A stretch of 64,000 nucleotides of DNA, taken from Oopsacas minuta. Taxonomy: Eukaryota; Animalia; Porifera. Positions within the stretch are counted from its first letter, which is position 1. Each line of letters begins with the position of its first letter. The notes beneath the pieces are model-generated. The model was not told the DNA's origin. It saw only the letters and a program-made list of their open reading frames with translations, and searched no databases. The stretch lies in contig JAKMXF010000345.1 of the NCBI GenBank assembly GCA_024704765.1, forward strand, positions 124,001 to 188,000. The letters are read 5' to 3'. Made by a program: the position numbers and the translations under genes. Below, piece after piece: positions 11,549 through 23,873 of the stretch.

Positions 11549-14500
11549 ATGGCTCGTACCAAACAAACTGCACGTAAATCATCAGGAGGTAAAGCACCAA
11601 GGAAGCTTTTAGCCTGCAAATCACCTACGCAATTTCGTCAATACATGACCAGTCAACAAGCAGTTTCTTACCAAACTTCTAACAATGAAAATACTGCTAA
11701 AACTTCTTATCTTAACTATGAAAATGTATTTGGTTCATTTGGTTTTCCTGTTGGTGAACATATTAAGGAGACTTTCAAGCCAAAATTTGATGCAGGTATG
11801 TATTTTATTTTTACTGTGCTTTTTATCGGATACAGTGTCAGCTCCACAAACGGAGTGACAGGTACGCCGAAATTGTTATCCCCTTCCTGCTAAATCCCCC
11901 GTTTGTGAAGGGTAATTTGTATGGGATTAGGAATTCGCTCTTATATTTTTCCCTGCGTTTCCACAGGCCTCATTTGTGGAGGTTGCTGTATAAGTATTTC
12001 CTATTCCACCCAAAAATTCGAAAATATCCAGGTAGAGAAGAGAGTTGGTAATTAAATACAAATTCTATCATACATACAATTCTGCCTTTCTCAACCCTCC
12101 CATAGGCTGAAATACAAATTTTGAGATCCTGTGGATTCCCACCTGTTGTCCGTGGACTACCCCCAACTGATGTCTATCATAGTATCCCCATATCTCCTTT
12201 TAGGCTATAGCATAAATCCCGTCAATAAAACCAGTGAGCCGTGGCTTTGCATGAAGTTGAAATCAAAATTTGATGGTTCAGGCATGGAAAAGCATCACAG
12301 ACCAAATCTCAATATCGTTCTTGTCATCGATATATCTGGTAGTATGGGAACACCAATGTCTAATGAAGATGGATCAATGCTTGCTGGGGAAACTAAATTA
12401 CAAGCTGCTCAAAAGTGTATGTTAGCTATCTGTGAGAAATTCACTGATATTGATTGTGTGGGATTGATTGCATTTGATGACAGTGTGAGTAATATTTGTA
12501 TGAATACTGTGGAACCTCGTTAATATGAACACAAACATATGGCCAAAATGTGTCCGTCTTATCCAGAAATTCGTATTCGCGAAGTTCCACTGTAGTTGAG
12601 ATCTGTTGGAATACAGACAATTCACACCATAAAATTTTCGATTTTTTGTAATATGAGTTATATGACGTCACTCAATATATCCAAGAGTGTAGGCATAGAA
12701 ATAATCACAAATCCGCGATATACCATATCTTTTTGATGCCATATACCTCTTTATCCCCTGCTGAAATATCCTAAATTCGTACCATGGATAACTATTGATG
12801 TGCTAATTCGGTTATAGATATACGGTATTGACCTGTGCAGTGCTATCCTTTTCCTAGTTATCCGTGGTGCAGTCAAGTTATGGTGGAACAGGTCTGTTTC
12901 ATACTATTATGTTCTGTGTTTATATAATTTCGATATATTTATTGTGATTTTGTAGGCATCAATTGAACTTAAGCTAACAAAATGGCAGTTGATTCAGAAG
13001 GACGTTCTCAGCAATAAGATTAAAGCACTCTCAACACGAGGGATGACTGATCTATCCCTTGCTTATAGGACTGCTACTAGAATGGCAAAAGATGCTGGTA
13101 AGTATATGCACAGTGGAACCTGATATATAGAAAACATCGATTTCGACTGTATGCAAATCCTCCATATAAGTATTATGCTGTCCAATCTAGCGAGAACAAC
13201 AATTAAACAGATCAACCAAATCCACCATCCATGGTTCAATAACTAATAAGCATATATGGACCATTTTATCGAAACACGCTGGCCACCTACCGTTTAATCG
13301 CGAAAATTTGAGAATATCCATATTTCCCTCTCTCTCTTATAGGCGAGAAAGTGAACAAATACTCTCGTATAATTTTCATGACAGATCTCAACAGTACAGT
13401 AGATAGTGTTAGAGATGAAAAGAATTTATTGGCTAATATTGAGAGTAATTCGAAAATCAATATATTTACTACAGTAGTAGGTATTGGTATGGATTTTAAT
13501 GTCACTCTTGTACAGAAGATTAGTTCTACACCAGGTAAGGAATGGAGTCTTGGTAGTCTCATTTTTAGTACAGCTCCTTAAGGAGATGCCCTCCTAATGG
13601 CGTGTATGTTGTGCGGCCATGTGAAATCTAGCTGTCCGATTTATATGAAAATTGGAATTTGGGTTAGAGTATGATTAATCACCAAAAGGTTGTGAAAATT
13701 GACTTAAGAAAAAATTCATACCCCCCTGGTATGAATTTTTCTTAAGCGAATTTCCTCACCTTTTTGGTGATTTATCATTTTTCACACCTTTCTGTGTAAA
13801 TTAGAAAGAGTACTAGAGATTACATTTCAACGTGTTGTCAGGGTAATTGAGTGCGTAGATTCAGATTTTGGGGTTTTTAGAGCCGATAAGTGTCAAATTC
13901 ACAGTTTTGTCATATGATACTTGAGATTTCGTTTCGACTGCTAGACAGGGGTAATCGTGTATGTAGATTGCAAATTCACGATTTCGAATTTCTCTCTACA
14001 TGATTTATCAAATAATTCATATTTCATACTTTTTCCAATCATTCCAAGTGATGCTAGATAATTTTCGCGGTTATAGACAACCTTATTATATGTACGTATA
14101 TTCATATTTTCAGATCTTTTTATCTGTTTTAGGTGCGAATTATATCAGTGCTAGCAGCGGAAATGAGTTTGTAGAGGTAGTAGGGAAGGAGTTTAACTAC
14201 AATGTGACAATAACCGCGTTTAACATCAAAGTTGAGTTACCTAAAGCGCAAAATACTTTAGAGTTTATGAATGGGTATGGATCTCCTGAAGTATCAGATT
14301 TGAAGAAGAAAGATCATTTTACTCTATCTTCTGAGTTTGCTTCCGCTCAGAATAGAGATGGTGAAATATCTGGTGGGGTATTGCTGTTCAAGCTTAAGCA
14401 GTTGAAGAAAGGTGATTTGTTGTTGATATTTTCCTATAGATGTAATGACCAAATAAGGAATTTCGGGGGAAACCCAATTAGCCATCTCTTACCTTTCCTG

Positions 14501-17113
14501 GAAATGTTGCCAGATGATGGATGTGTTCACAAAGTTCATGGCACAAACTTGAAGGTTCATGCCGTATGCCATTTTCTTACCAAAAAACAATTCATTCCAA
14601 AACTAAAAGTTTGTGCCAAAGTTCTTGGTACATGTCAAGTTGATGCCAAAAGTCAAAAGTTCATCCCAAATTCATGCTATAATCAATAACTTAAGTCCAA
14701 AGTCAAAATTCGCGCCAAAGTCCAAGCCAGAGCCAAAAATCTATGAACTTTATTTATAATCTTGCAGTACTGAACGCTTGCTACTCAGCTGATAATACAC
14801 ATTTCCTTTTAGGTACAACTCTCAAGATCAAACTAAGTTTCAATGACATATACACTTCAAATCACACAACATTAAACTTCACTGTACAATTAGAAGATAC
14901 AATAACTGACATAGCTTTACGTAAAGCTATTCTATTGAAGCATTTTGTTGATCTGCATAATGATTATGTTATGGAAAAGAAGGGAGTTATACATTTGGAG
15001 AGATTTCAGTCTTTTAAGAAACATTTGATGCAAGAGATGGAAGATGTCAAGGATAATTCTCTTCTTTATAATAATGCAGGTATATTTATACATAACATTA
15101 AAGGAGCGCAGTCCATATTTGTAGGACGCACACGCTGGAGCACGCTCCTATTTAATTGCAAAGAATTTACAAATTTCATCGTTATTCTGCATGAATTCAG
15201 TATTCTTGCTATAAAAAGTGACTGCTATGACACTTTTGTATAATTCACAATTTATTGAAAGGTTTGACTTTGCACATTTAGTAATTTCCCGAATGTACAA
15301 TGGTTAATTCAATCCTGATTACTTAAAATACAAATCTAATGAAAATCTGAAAGAATGAAAAGGAGCGGATTGGAGCGTGCTCCTTTTTTTCTGGAGTTCG
15401 ATCCGGAGCGCACTCCTTTTCTGAGCGGAGGTGGGAGCGCCTCTCCTTTACAGGGCTGGAGCGTGCTCCAAAAATGAGGAGCACTTAATGCTCTATGTTT
15501 ATGCCAAATATTGTACAATGGAAGCTGGTTATAACAACCTCCTTATGAGTAGCAATGTGTTCTTATGACCGGAATCCAGTGTTTACAGGTTACTCTGAAT
15601 AACGGATACTGCAGGATAGGGCCTGTGAAATCGCTGATAGAAAGAACTTTATATTGACATTATATTTTGGCATTTATTCCTATTTTGATGGGCCAGATTT
15701 TTGCCCTTTTCTGCCTTGTCCTTTCGAGTCGTATTTTGCACGGATTTCCCAAGCTAATACGCGAAATTATGTTTATGTCCCTGAAAAAACTTGCTAATAG
15801 GCGAACGTACTGGATTATATTTCAATTCTAGTTTACATGGAGATGACTGATAAGATAATTGATCTTGAATTAAAGCACCAGAAGAACCCTTCATCATCAA
15901 AAGTTTCTATACCAGGTGTTAATACCAGTAAATTCAGGCCTTCTTTCTCTCTATCTCCTCCTGCCAGCACTTTAAAGGGGAAAACTAAGAATAAGGTAAT
16001 TATCAAAAATCACAATAGTCAAGTCCTGTTGTAACGAACATGGATATATCAAATCCCACGAAGTCTGAAATTGTACAAATATGGTCACAAACCCTCAAAA
16101 ATACCATAAATCTCATCGGCTATATCGAACTCTGCTTGTGACGGCGTAATTATCGCGGTTCCTTGAGTTCCTTCTATATTCTGGAAGCATATTTAAGGGG
16201 CCGTTTAGACCTCAAGTAATGCTTTCAATGATGAATCGTTTTGTATTGAAATAGACTTCACATTGGGAGAGGCTTATATACAGGAATTTAGCTTTTTTAC
16301 GAAACCTTTGAACTTGTCCTAAAATTTAGTTTCTTATGGAAAAACTAAAGGTATGGATAATTCAAATGCCTTACGAGTAAGTTCCTGAGGCGTAACCATG
16401 GTGGCGAAACCTCACTTCTAGTGCTGGCTCTTCCCCTCAAGTAACATTACATTTATACTATATGTACATTTTCATAGGCCCCGAAGCGAATTACAGCATC
16501 GAAAGGTAGAAAAACTAAAAAGGCAACTCCAGTCAAAGCAACCAAGAAACCCACACTAATAAAGCCCAAAGTTACTTTCAAAATCGAGCCGATCAAAGTA
16601 GAACCACCTGACACGAAACCTGTACTTCCTACACGAGTTTCTACTAGAAAGAGATCTGCTCCAATGGATTATATGGCTATAAGTCCAAATAAGAAAATGT
16701 AAGTAGTTTTATTTAGAAATGATGACGTGATATATGAAGGCATTAAAATTTGATAATTATTTGTGGTAAAGCCAGACGTATGCAGTTCAGACTCATGAAC
16801 CTAATTGAGCCAATGAGTTGATGCCATTTGTCCTATTTACCTGCATATTTGATGAAATACCAAAGCATCCAATAATACATTATTTTATGCAATTCTATTC
16901 TTCAGGAAAATAGCTATAAAAGCTAAGTCGCCAGTAAAGAAATTGGCAAAAAGAAATACAGTTAAAGTGCCCGTCAAAAAGTTAGCTAAGAAAACTTCAG
17001 CAAAAGCAGCAGCCACAAAGTTGACTGGTGCAAGGAAAAAAGTTGATAAAAATGTAAAAATTGGCGTGAAAAGGATTCCCAACAAGGATAGAATTCGAAA
17101 GAGGATATATTGA
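11549..17113 (+). CDS. Histone H3 N-terminal-tail / vWA (MIDAS) / histone-H1-like basic tail fusion protein, 9 exons, about 666 aa
   Basis: Exons 11549-11795, 12204-12484, 12956-13097, 13343-13534, 14133-14411, 14813-15079, 15832-15995, 16478-16698 and 16906-17113. All are GT-AG with matching phases, total 2001 nt. Starts MARTKQTARKSSGGKAPRKLLACK. vWA motifs: NLNIVLVIDISGSM, GLIAFDD, RGMTDL, RIIFMTD, TTVVGIGMDFN. Lys/Ala/Pro-rich C-terminus. Confidence 0.8.
13678..13772. repeat. Foldback inverted repeat (about 45-bp arms) in intron 4 of the H3-vWA gene
   Basis: atcaccaaaagg...cttaagaaaaaattcatacc / ggtatgaatttttcttaag...cctttttggtgat are near reverse complements. Confidence 0.7.
15103..15486. 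repeat. Repeated quasi-palindromic GGAGCG(T/C)(G/A)CTCC motifs in intron 6 of the H3-vWA gene
   Basis: About seven copies (for example near 15103, 15137, 15372, 15405, 15435 and 15458), forming a GC-rich patch in AT-rich DNA. Confidence 0.6.
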
Positions 17114-17678
17114 ATGAAGTGCCTTGAATCCTTGCATGCGAGTTTTATACTTTACTTATCAGTTTTAGATTTTTCACATTTATTTTCTATTTTTTGTGGC
17201 TAGTTTTGATGCCTTTATTTTCGATAATTCCTTACTTTTGTTGAAAAACTGACTACAAATGTCTGTCTTCTTGAATTTGATATTATTTATATAACATTCA
17301 GTTTCGGATATGTTAACATTTCCTCTATACTCTTAAATACTGGGAAACCTCGATAATTATTAAAAAAACGGTTAATTCTAATTTCCGTGGAAAAACTGGC
17401 AAATATTACACAAAATCCTACAACGATGGTTATTCAATAGGTATTATTCCGGATAAAGTGAACACATTTTGATCGTTCATTCGTGTTCATATTTACGATA
17501 TTCCATTAAATATGTCATAACTAACAATGCAAGAAGATAATATATGAGTTGTCTCTTCCATTTTGTTTTTTGGACAAATTACAAGTTGATTCACGAATGA
17601 ATATTTAAGTCATATGCTTGTTCATGAGTTGCATGATTATAAACTAGAGAAATCCTGTGAAATTGTCGCTATAATCCT

Positions 17679-20627
17679 ATGGGCCTTACCAGAAGGAAGA
17701 AGAAACGAACTCATATTTCTACTGAACCAGGCAAGAAGGGTGATGTTGGAGAACGTGCTGGTAACGTCCTTCCTGATTCTGTGAAGAAACCGCCAGCATG
17801 CTTCATAATTGGTGAGTAAATATAATTATACTTATATGACAGGTTTGGGTATGCACTATGCTGATATTTTTTGACAATTTCCTCTGCAGTTTTACAAATG
17901 TTTGGTCGCTTTACACTTCCTCATAAATTTGCGTTGAATTTTTCAGAGTGCTTCCAGACCACATTGGCGTTACTTACAATATACAATATATAAATTGTTC
18001 GAACATTTGATTATGCCTTGAAAAAATGTAATTCCCACTTTATTTCGCCTATTAGGTAGAGGTCAACTGAACATATATCTCCAACAACTAATATCAGATC
18101 TGAAATTTGTCTACGAACCAAATACTGCATCAAATTTGAAAACTACGAAAAAGAATTCTCTACGAGATTTCCTACATGTTGCTGGCCCTTTGGGTGTCTC
18201 ACATTGCATTGTACTTAACTTCTCAGGAAATGCGCCTACAATACGCTTCGCAAGATTCCCACATGGCCCAACGGTAACCTTTAAAGTTCTAGAATATTCT
18301 TTAATGAGAGATGTTGTGTCGTCACAAAAACGGCCGAAAATTATTCAAGATCTTCATTTAAATTCTCCTCTATTAGTATTGAGTCAGTTTAATGAGCAAA
18401 TTGTGACGGAGAATGAAGGTAAGTTCATTTTTCTATTGAAACTGAGGTTTTCGGGAATTTGTTGGCGGGCACGTGCCGTTTGCGAAATTCCAGCATTCTT
18501 CGAAATATTTCCTGGATCTTCAAGTTTTAGATACATAAATAGCAATATCAAGGCTAATATTTAGGAGAAAGTACATATGTTTGCGACTATTTCTCTGGAT
18601 TCTTGTAAATTCCCGTGATAATCCATCGATCGCGCCCATTTTTCGGAGGATATTTATTTCTCCGAGCGTAAATTTCATATAAATTAATTCTTCTACAGAC
18701 TCAATAGAACCAGATTCTGTAAAGCAAATTACTCCACGTTGCCTCAAACTATTATCTACAATGCTACAGAATATGTTCCCTTCCCTCAACGTACATAATG
18801 TAAAACTGAAGCAGGTTTGTGTGTAATGTACGTGTTGAATATAGTTACAATCTGTGCCGCGGCCGGAAAGTATATAAATGGCAATATACGATATAATTTT
18901 AGCTCCAACGCACTTAGTGCCTAGAATTTATAGTGCCATTTTAAATACATTTAATTAACATTCAAGACAGTTGGTACAGATTATACATTTGTTTGGCTCA
19001 ACCATAATGTTGAAAATACACTTAGTGCCTAGAATTAAGTGCCATTTTAAGTAAATTTAATTAATACTCTAAGCTGTCCGCACAGATTATTAAGTTTTTG
19101 CTCAACCATAATACAAACATACACTTAGTGCCTAGAATTTATAGTGCCATTTTAAGAATTTAATTAATACTCTAAGCTGTCAGCACAGATTGTAAATTTA
19201 GACTTTTCAAAAAATGGAAGTTTTTAAGAAGTTTGCATAGTAATTATTGATACAATTATGGTGGCGTCATTATTATCATGGCCAATCCATTCCACTTGAA
19301 TTACACTTCACAGGTAAAGCGATGTGTTCTATTCCATTACGATGCCGCCTCCAATCAAATCCATCTACGTCACTACTGTATTAAAACTAGTCCTCAAGGC
19401 ATACGTAAACAGGTTGATAGGCTAGCTAGACATAAGATACCGTCTCTAGCCAAGTATGATGATATTAGTGATTATCTTATGAGGGAGAATCTGTCTGAGA
19501 GCGAGCCTGACGATTTACCAGAGGCTCAGGTTAGTTTTAGAATATGTATTCCTACTCCCAAGAGGCAATATAGATTGGTCCGCACCATGAAAATACACCT
19601 TTTCTAGGTTATACTACCACAATCTTTACCTGGAGCTGGAAACAAAATATCTCAGAGAAGTAAAATACGTCTCTACGAGTTAGGCCCACGATTAACTCTA
19701 TCTCTGATTAAAATACAAGATTCTTTGTTTGATGGGGAAGTTCTCTACCACATGTATGTTCATAAATCTAAAGAAGAGATTGCTTTCATGAGGAAGGAGA
19801 AGGCAAGGATCATAAATGAAAAGGTATAATATATGGATCACAGTTCTATTGCTTTCGTAAGATTACAATCTGTGCCGACAGCATAATGCATCAAATGCTA
19901 TACTATGCTGTAGGCACAGTTTGTAATTTTTTACTCAAAATGCATAGCAAAAATCTTGTACGTTGAAATGTGCAAATTGCCTTGGAATTTATAAATATTT
20001 TCTTCTTTGTAATTATAGACAAGACGACGTAAATTACAAGAAGCTAATGTTAGACGTAAAGAAGAAGAAAAACAGATACACCGTAAGAGAACTTTAGCAG
20101 GAATGCGAGCACATAATCAGAAGGATACAGAGTATAGTAGTGATGATGACTTTGAGTATTATAGACAAGAAGTTGGTGAGGATCCTAGCAATGAGTTGTT
20201 ACTTTCCAAAGCTAAACGAGTGAAATTTGATACAAATAATGGAGATTTTTCTGATGATGAACAAAGTAAAAGACCTAATTTCCGCAGCGGAAAGTCAAGT
20301 TTTCGAGGTGGAAAGCGAGATTTTGGTGGTGCAGAGCGAAAGTTCCATGGCGGTAACAAACGAAATTTTCACGAAAATGGCAAAGTTGGGAGAATTGATA
20401 GACATCGAGGTTTTAAAAAATCAGAAAATGGTTCTCAATTTCGCGCGAAGAGTTATTTTCAAGGCCGTGAAGGATCAAATTTTAGAGATAGAAAGGGTAG
20501 AAATAATTTCACAGACAGTAGTGCACGGGGAGGAAAATTCGGGAACAGTAATAGTGCGAAAGAAAAGTACAGCAAACCACGGAAGGCACCAGGCGGTAGA
20601 GTCTTTAGAGTTAGAAAACGAAATTAA
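17679..20627 (+). CDS. PPAN: Peter Pan / Suppressor of SWI4 (Ssf1) Brix-domain ribosome biogenesis protein, multi-exon
   Basis: Start MGLTRRKKKRTH at 17679. Motifs YEPNTASNLKTTKKNSLRDFLHVAGPLGVSH, RFPHGPTVTFKVLEYSLMRDV and ELGPRLTLSLIKIQDSLFDGEVLYH. Basic Gly/Arg/Phe-rich C-terminus ends at 20627. Confidence 0.93.
18911..19195. repeat. Minisatellite, about 2.7 copies of a 103-108 bp unit, in a PPAN intron
   Basis: cacttagtgcctagaatt...gtgccattttaa recurs at about 18911, 19019 and 19122, and the intervening sequences are also similar. Confidence 0.85.
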
Positions 20628-20829
20628 TTGATGATACAATTATAGCGATATTTCTCAATTTATAGCTTTCAATTGAAATTCCACATTCTATAGTGTAACC
20701 TCCACAACGGGCAACTTCTGGAAACGGAGTGAAAAGTAATAGAGCGAATTCCTAGCCTCATACAAACAGAGTACCATTTTCGGCGGCCCTGACACTCCGT
20801 TTGTGGAGATTACACTGTTTTAGATTTCA

Positions 20830-22413
20830 ATGCAATTAGCCATGAATTCCTTAGAATTCATACTATTAATTACATGCATACAATTGGCCGAACCACAAAT
20901 GCTCGTTGTAAACACATGGCCGTTTAAGGACGCCACTAAAACTGCAGGTTATCATCTATCAATGCTTTCTACAGCTATAAACGCTGTTGTATATGGCTGT
21001 AGTGTTTGTGAAGTTGAGCAGTGTGATCATACTGTTGGTTATGGAGGTAGCCCTGATGAGAAGGGAGAGACTACGCTTGATGCTATGGTTATGGATGGTG
21101 ATACTCTTAATGTTGGTGAGTATGCGAAGATTTTATTTCAGCTCCTATAGGGAGATGCCTAAACAACCGTATGCACAACCGTGCGAATTCTAACATTCCG
21201 TTTTTGACAGATTTATCATATGATTAATCATGTTTCACACCTTATTGCATATTTCCCAATGATCATGAAATTCCGTTTCAACTGTGAGTCAGGGTAATCG
21301 AGTACTTAGATTCCAATTTTGATATTTCAAATATATATATATTTACGCATATATTATTTCACACTGTCTACTATACAGGTGCAGTTGGAGATCTACGTAA
21401 CATTAAAAACGCGATACAAGTTGCCCGTGCTGTACTAGAGCATACAAACCATACTTTACTAGCTGGTGAATCTGCTACGAACTTTGCTGTAGAATCGTTA
21501 GGATTACAAAAGACCAACTTGACAACGGAATACTCTTCAAAAATGTGGAAAAATTGGTTGGAAGCTGATTGCCAACCTAACTATTGGTATAATGTTTATC
21601 CAGATAGCAAAAAGTCATGTGGTCCTTATTCTATACAGAAATCTTATTCCAATAACCTCAAAAAATCGAAAGGTATGTAATTCATACATTGGTAAGGTCC
21701 CTTTTGATGAGAAACTTGTTTCAGCTCCACATGATGTTCATCGAAGCATGCGAGGCGGAGTTTTATTATCATATCGATTATCGGACAAATTATCGGAAAT
21801 ATTGAAGCAATATAAAAAATGTCGAAAATTCTAATTTCCTAATACTTCGATATTTTCCTAATTTCAGAAATATCGAACCGATATCGATATTTGCCAAACC
21901 TTTGCTGAACCAAGTTTTCAACATAATAGATGTATTTTCTATATTTCTATAGAACATATGCCAAAAGGCGAGCAACCTATTTCCCATGACACTATAGGAA
22001 TGATTGCAATTGACTCCAAAGGAAAAATCGCCACGGGAACAACTACTAACGGTCTCATCCACAAGATACCCGGACGAGTCGGCGACAGTCCTATAATGGG
22101 TGCAGGGGCATACGCGGATTCGAGTGTAGGCGCAGCTGTCGCTACAGGCGATGGTGACGTCATGATGCGGTTTTTACCCACGTTTCTTATTGTAGAGTTA
22201 ATGCGTGGAGGTGTGTCACCACAATCTGCATGTGATACTGCAATCGAACGGATTCGTGTGAAATATCCTAAATTCCAGGGGGCTGTACTTGCTGTTGGGA
22301 AGGATTTGAGTGTTGGTGCGGCTACTTGGGGCTTTAACCCATTCACTTATACACAATATAATTTCACTGATGGATTGCCTTATACAGTTAAAATATATCC
22401 TAAAGAATCGTAG
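20830..22413 (+). CDS. AGA: N(4)-(beta-N-acetylglucosaminyl)-L-asparaginase (aspartylglucosaminidase), 3 exons
   Basis: Exons 20830-21115, 21379-21672 and 21953-22413 with matching phases. Signal peptide, [28 protein letters not shown], catalytic HD|[29 protein letters not shown]. Confidence 0.95.
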
Positions 22414-23009
22414 TTATATATTTGCTGTTTATTTGGGATAATGGTATATATTATTTATTATTTTGGCAATTGAAATTTAACCATAATTTAGGCTTGTTTC
22501 AGCTCCACTACCCGCATGAATATTGTCATTAATAGAATTACAGTCAGCTCACATTATATCGAAGTTCAAGGGACAGCAATAATTCCTTCGATATATCTGT
22601 GTTGATATTACGGGCAGTTTACTGTATTATAATTATTTCACCATTGAAATTACTAACTAATGGGTGGATATTAATGATTTCATCTCAGCAAAGATTTTCC
22701 ATGAATTAGCCACTCAATGCCAACGTCACAACATTGTCTTTTCAACAAATATTAATTTCGAGTTAAAGAGCATTATAATTTAATATACTGAGTCAGAGGT
22801 TGATTTGCTTGGTTTTATCTTGTGTCATGGAAACACTCATAATCCAAATTCAACATTTTTATACCATAAATTCATCCATGTATGTATTCTAAGAACCATT
22901 TTACCGAATTTCGTAATCAATATTAACGATTATATCATTCAGAATATAACTTCAAAATTCCATATATAGCATTTGGTATAAATAGATTTTTAGGCATAAT
23001 TTCGTGAAA

Positions 23010-23873
23010 ATGGACATGTTATTTTTTCGCGTTTTTATTCCGTTTTGTTTCTTTCAAATTGTCCAAAGCTGTACAGTTAATATTCTCTGGGACTCAACGT
23101 ATATTCATGGTATTTCTACTATTCCTAATGGAATGATTTTGCCACCAAATTCATCAACTTGCGCTTTTCACATAGGCTGGAGAATTATATTAAATACTAC
23201 GAAGGATGGACAGTTTGAAAGGTTGTGGCTTGTTGATAGTTATGCGCATTTTCGCGTTTGTAACACCACAAATGCGATTATTTTCGAGGAGTTTACAGGC
23301 GTTTATGAGTTCTCTCTCTCGCCTGGAATATTCTCATTTGATTCTGTGTATTACTTTTTCTCCACTTCGAATGAACCGAATTTTACTGCGGACTTTTGCA
23401 AACTGAAACTATCATTTTTGCTAAAACCGGTTTCTTCTGTCTGCAATTTGCAACCAGAATGCGATTCAAGTAGTTTAGTAATAATACAAACAGCAACAAA
23501 CAACATCACAAGCATTCCTACGATCTTTCAAATTGATTATTTCAATTTGACAACGTTACAACTCTTCGTAATAGTAGCTATAGGGATTGTTGGGATATTT
23601 GCATTTTGCATGTGTTTGATTCCAATGGCGATATACGTGTATTTCCACCGTGAAAAACGTATTGATGAAGAAATCTCGATAGATTTTGAAGATGAAATCG
23701 GTTTGGAGGAATATTTGAAAAGATTTTTGATACTAGAAGATGATTTTCAAGTCGATAAATATTCAGAGCCGAATTCGCCGTTCAAAGATTCAGCATTGAC
23801 TGTTACTATTCCTCAATCTAGTGTATTGTCATGTAATAATATCTATAGAGCACCTTCTGTTACAACAGTTTGA
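23010..23873 (+). CDS. Ephrin-like (cupredoxin-fold) single-pass membrane protein 1, most divergent copy
   Basis: Intronless. Signal peptide, VNILWD, FERLWLV...FRVCN, YYFFSTSN, TM segment, tail ending SVTTV*. Confidence 0.6.
   Translation: MDMLFFRVFIPFCFFQIVQSCTVNILWDSTYIHGISTIPNGMILPPNSSTCAFHIGWRIILNTTKDGQFERLWLVDSYAHFRVCNTTNAIIFEEFTGVYEFSLSPGIFSFDSVYYFFSTSNEPNFTADFCKLKLSFLLKPVSSVCNLQPECDSSSLVIIQTATNNITSIPTIFQIDYFNLTTLQLFVIVAIGIVGIFAFCMCLIPMAIYVYFHREKRIDEEISIDFEDEIGLEEYLKRFLILEDDFQVDKYSEPNSPFKDSALTVTIPQSSVLSCNNIYRAPSVTTV

Noticed and set aside
11549-11893. A canonical histone H3 gene
   Set aside because: Similarity stops at K23. There is no K27/K36 region and no histone fold, and the frame continues via splicing into a vWA domain.
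14000-14689. 229-aa ORF as a standalone gene (likewise 59440-59880, 7597-8124, 4369-4770)
   Set aside because: These are real exons extended into intron or MITE sequence, or MITE-derived open frames.
15589-15603. Alternative terminal exon (GYSE*) for the vWA gene
   Set aside because: The acceptor at 15588 gives only four residues, whereas the 15832 exon continues with a plausible helical end (VYMEMTDKIIDLEL) and a phase-consistent chain. It cannot be fully excluded as a minor isoform.
18911-19195. CRISPR-like repeat-spacer array
   Set aside because: The intervening segments are similar to each other, so it is a simple 103-108 bp minisatellite. The context is a eukaryotic intron with no cas genes.
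20159-20631. Overlapping alternative-frame and antisense ORFs (also 40682-41179, 44129-44548, 58532-58933, 60537-60761 and others)
   Set aside because: They are shadows of real coding exons with no recognisable domains.
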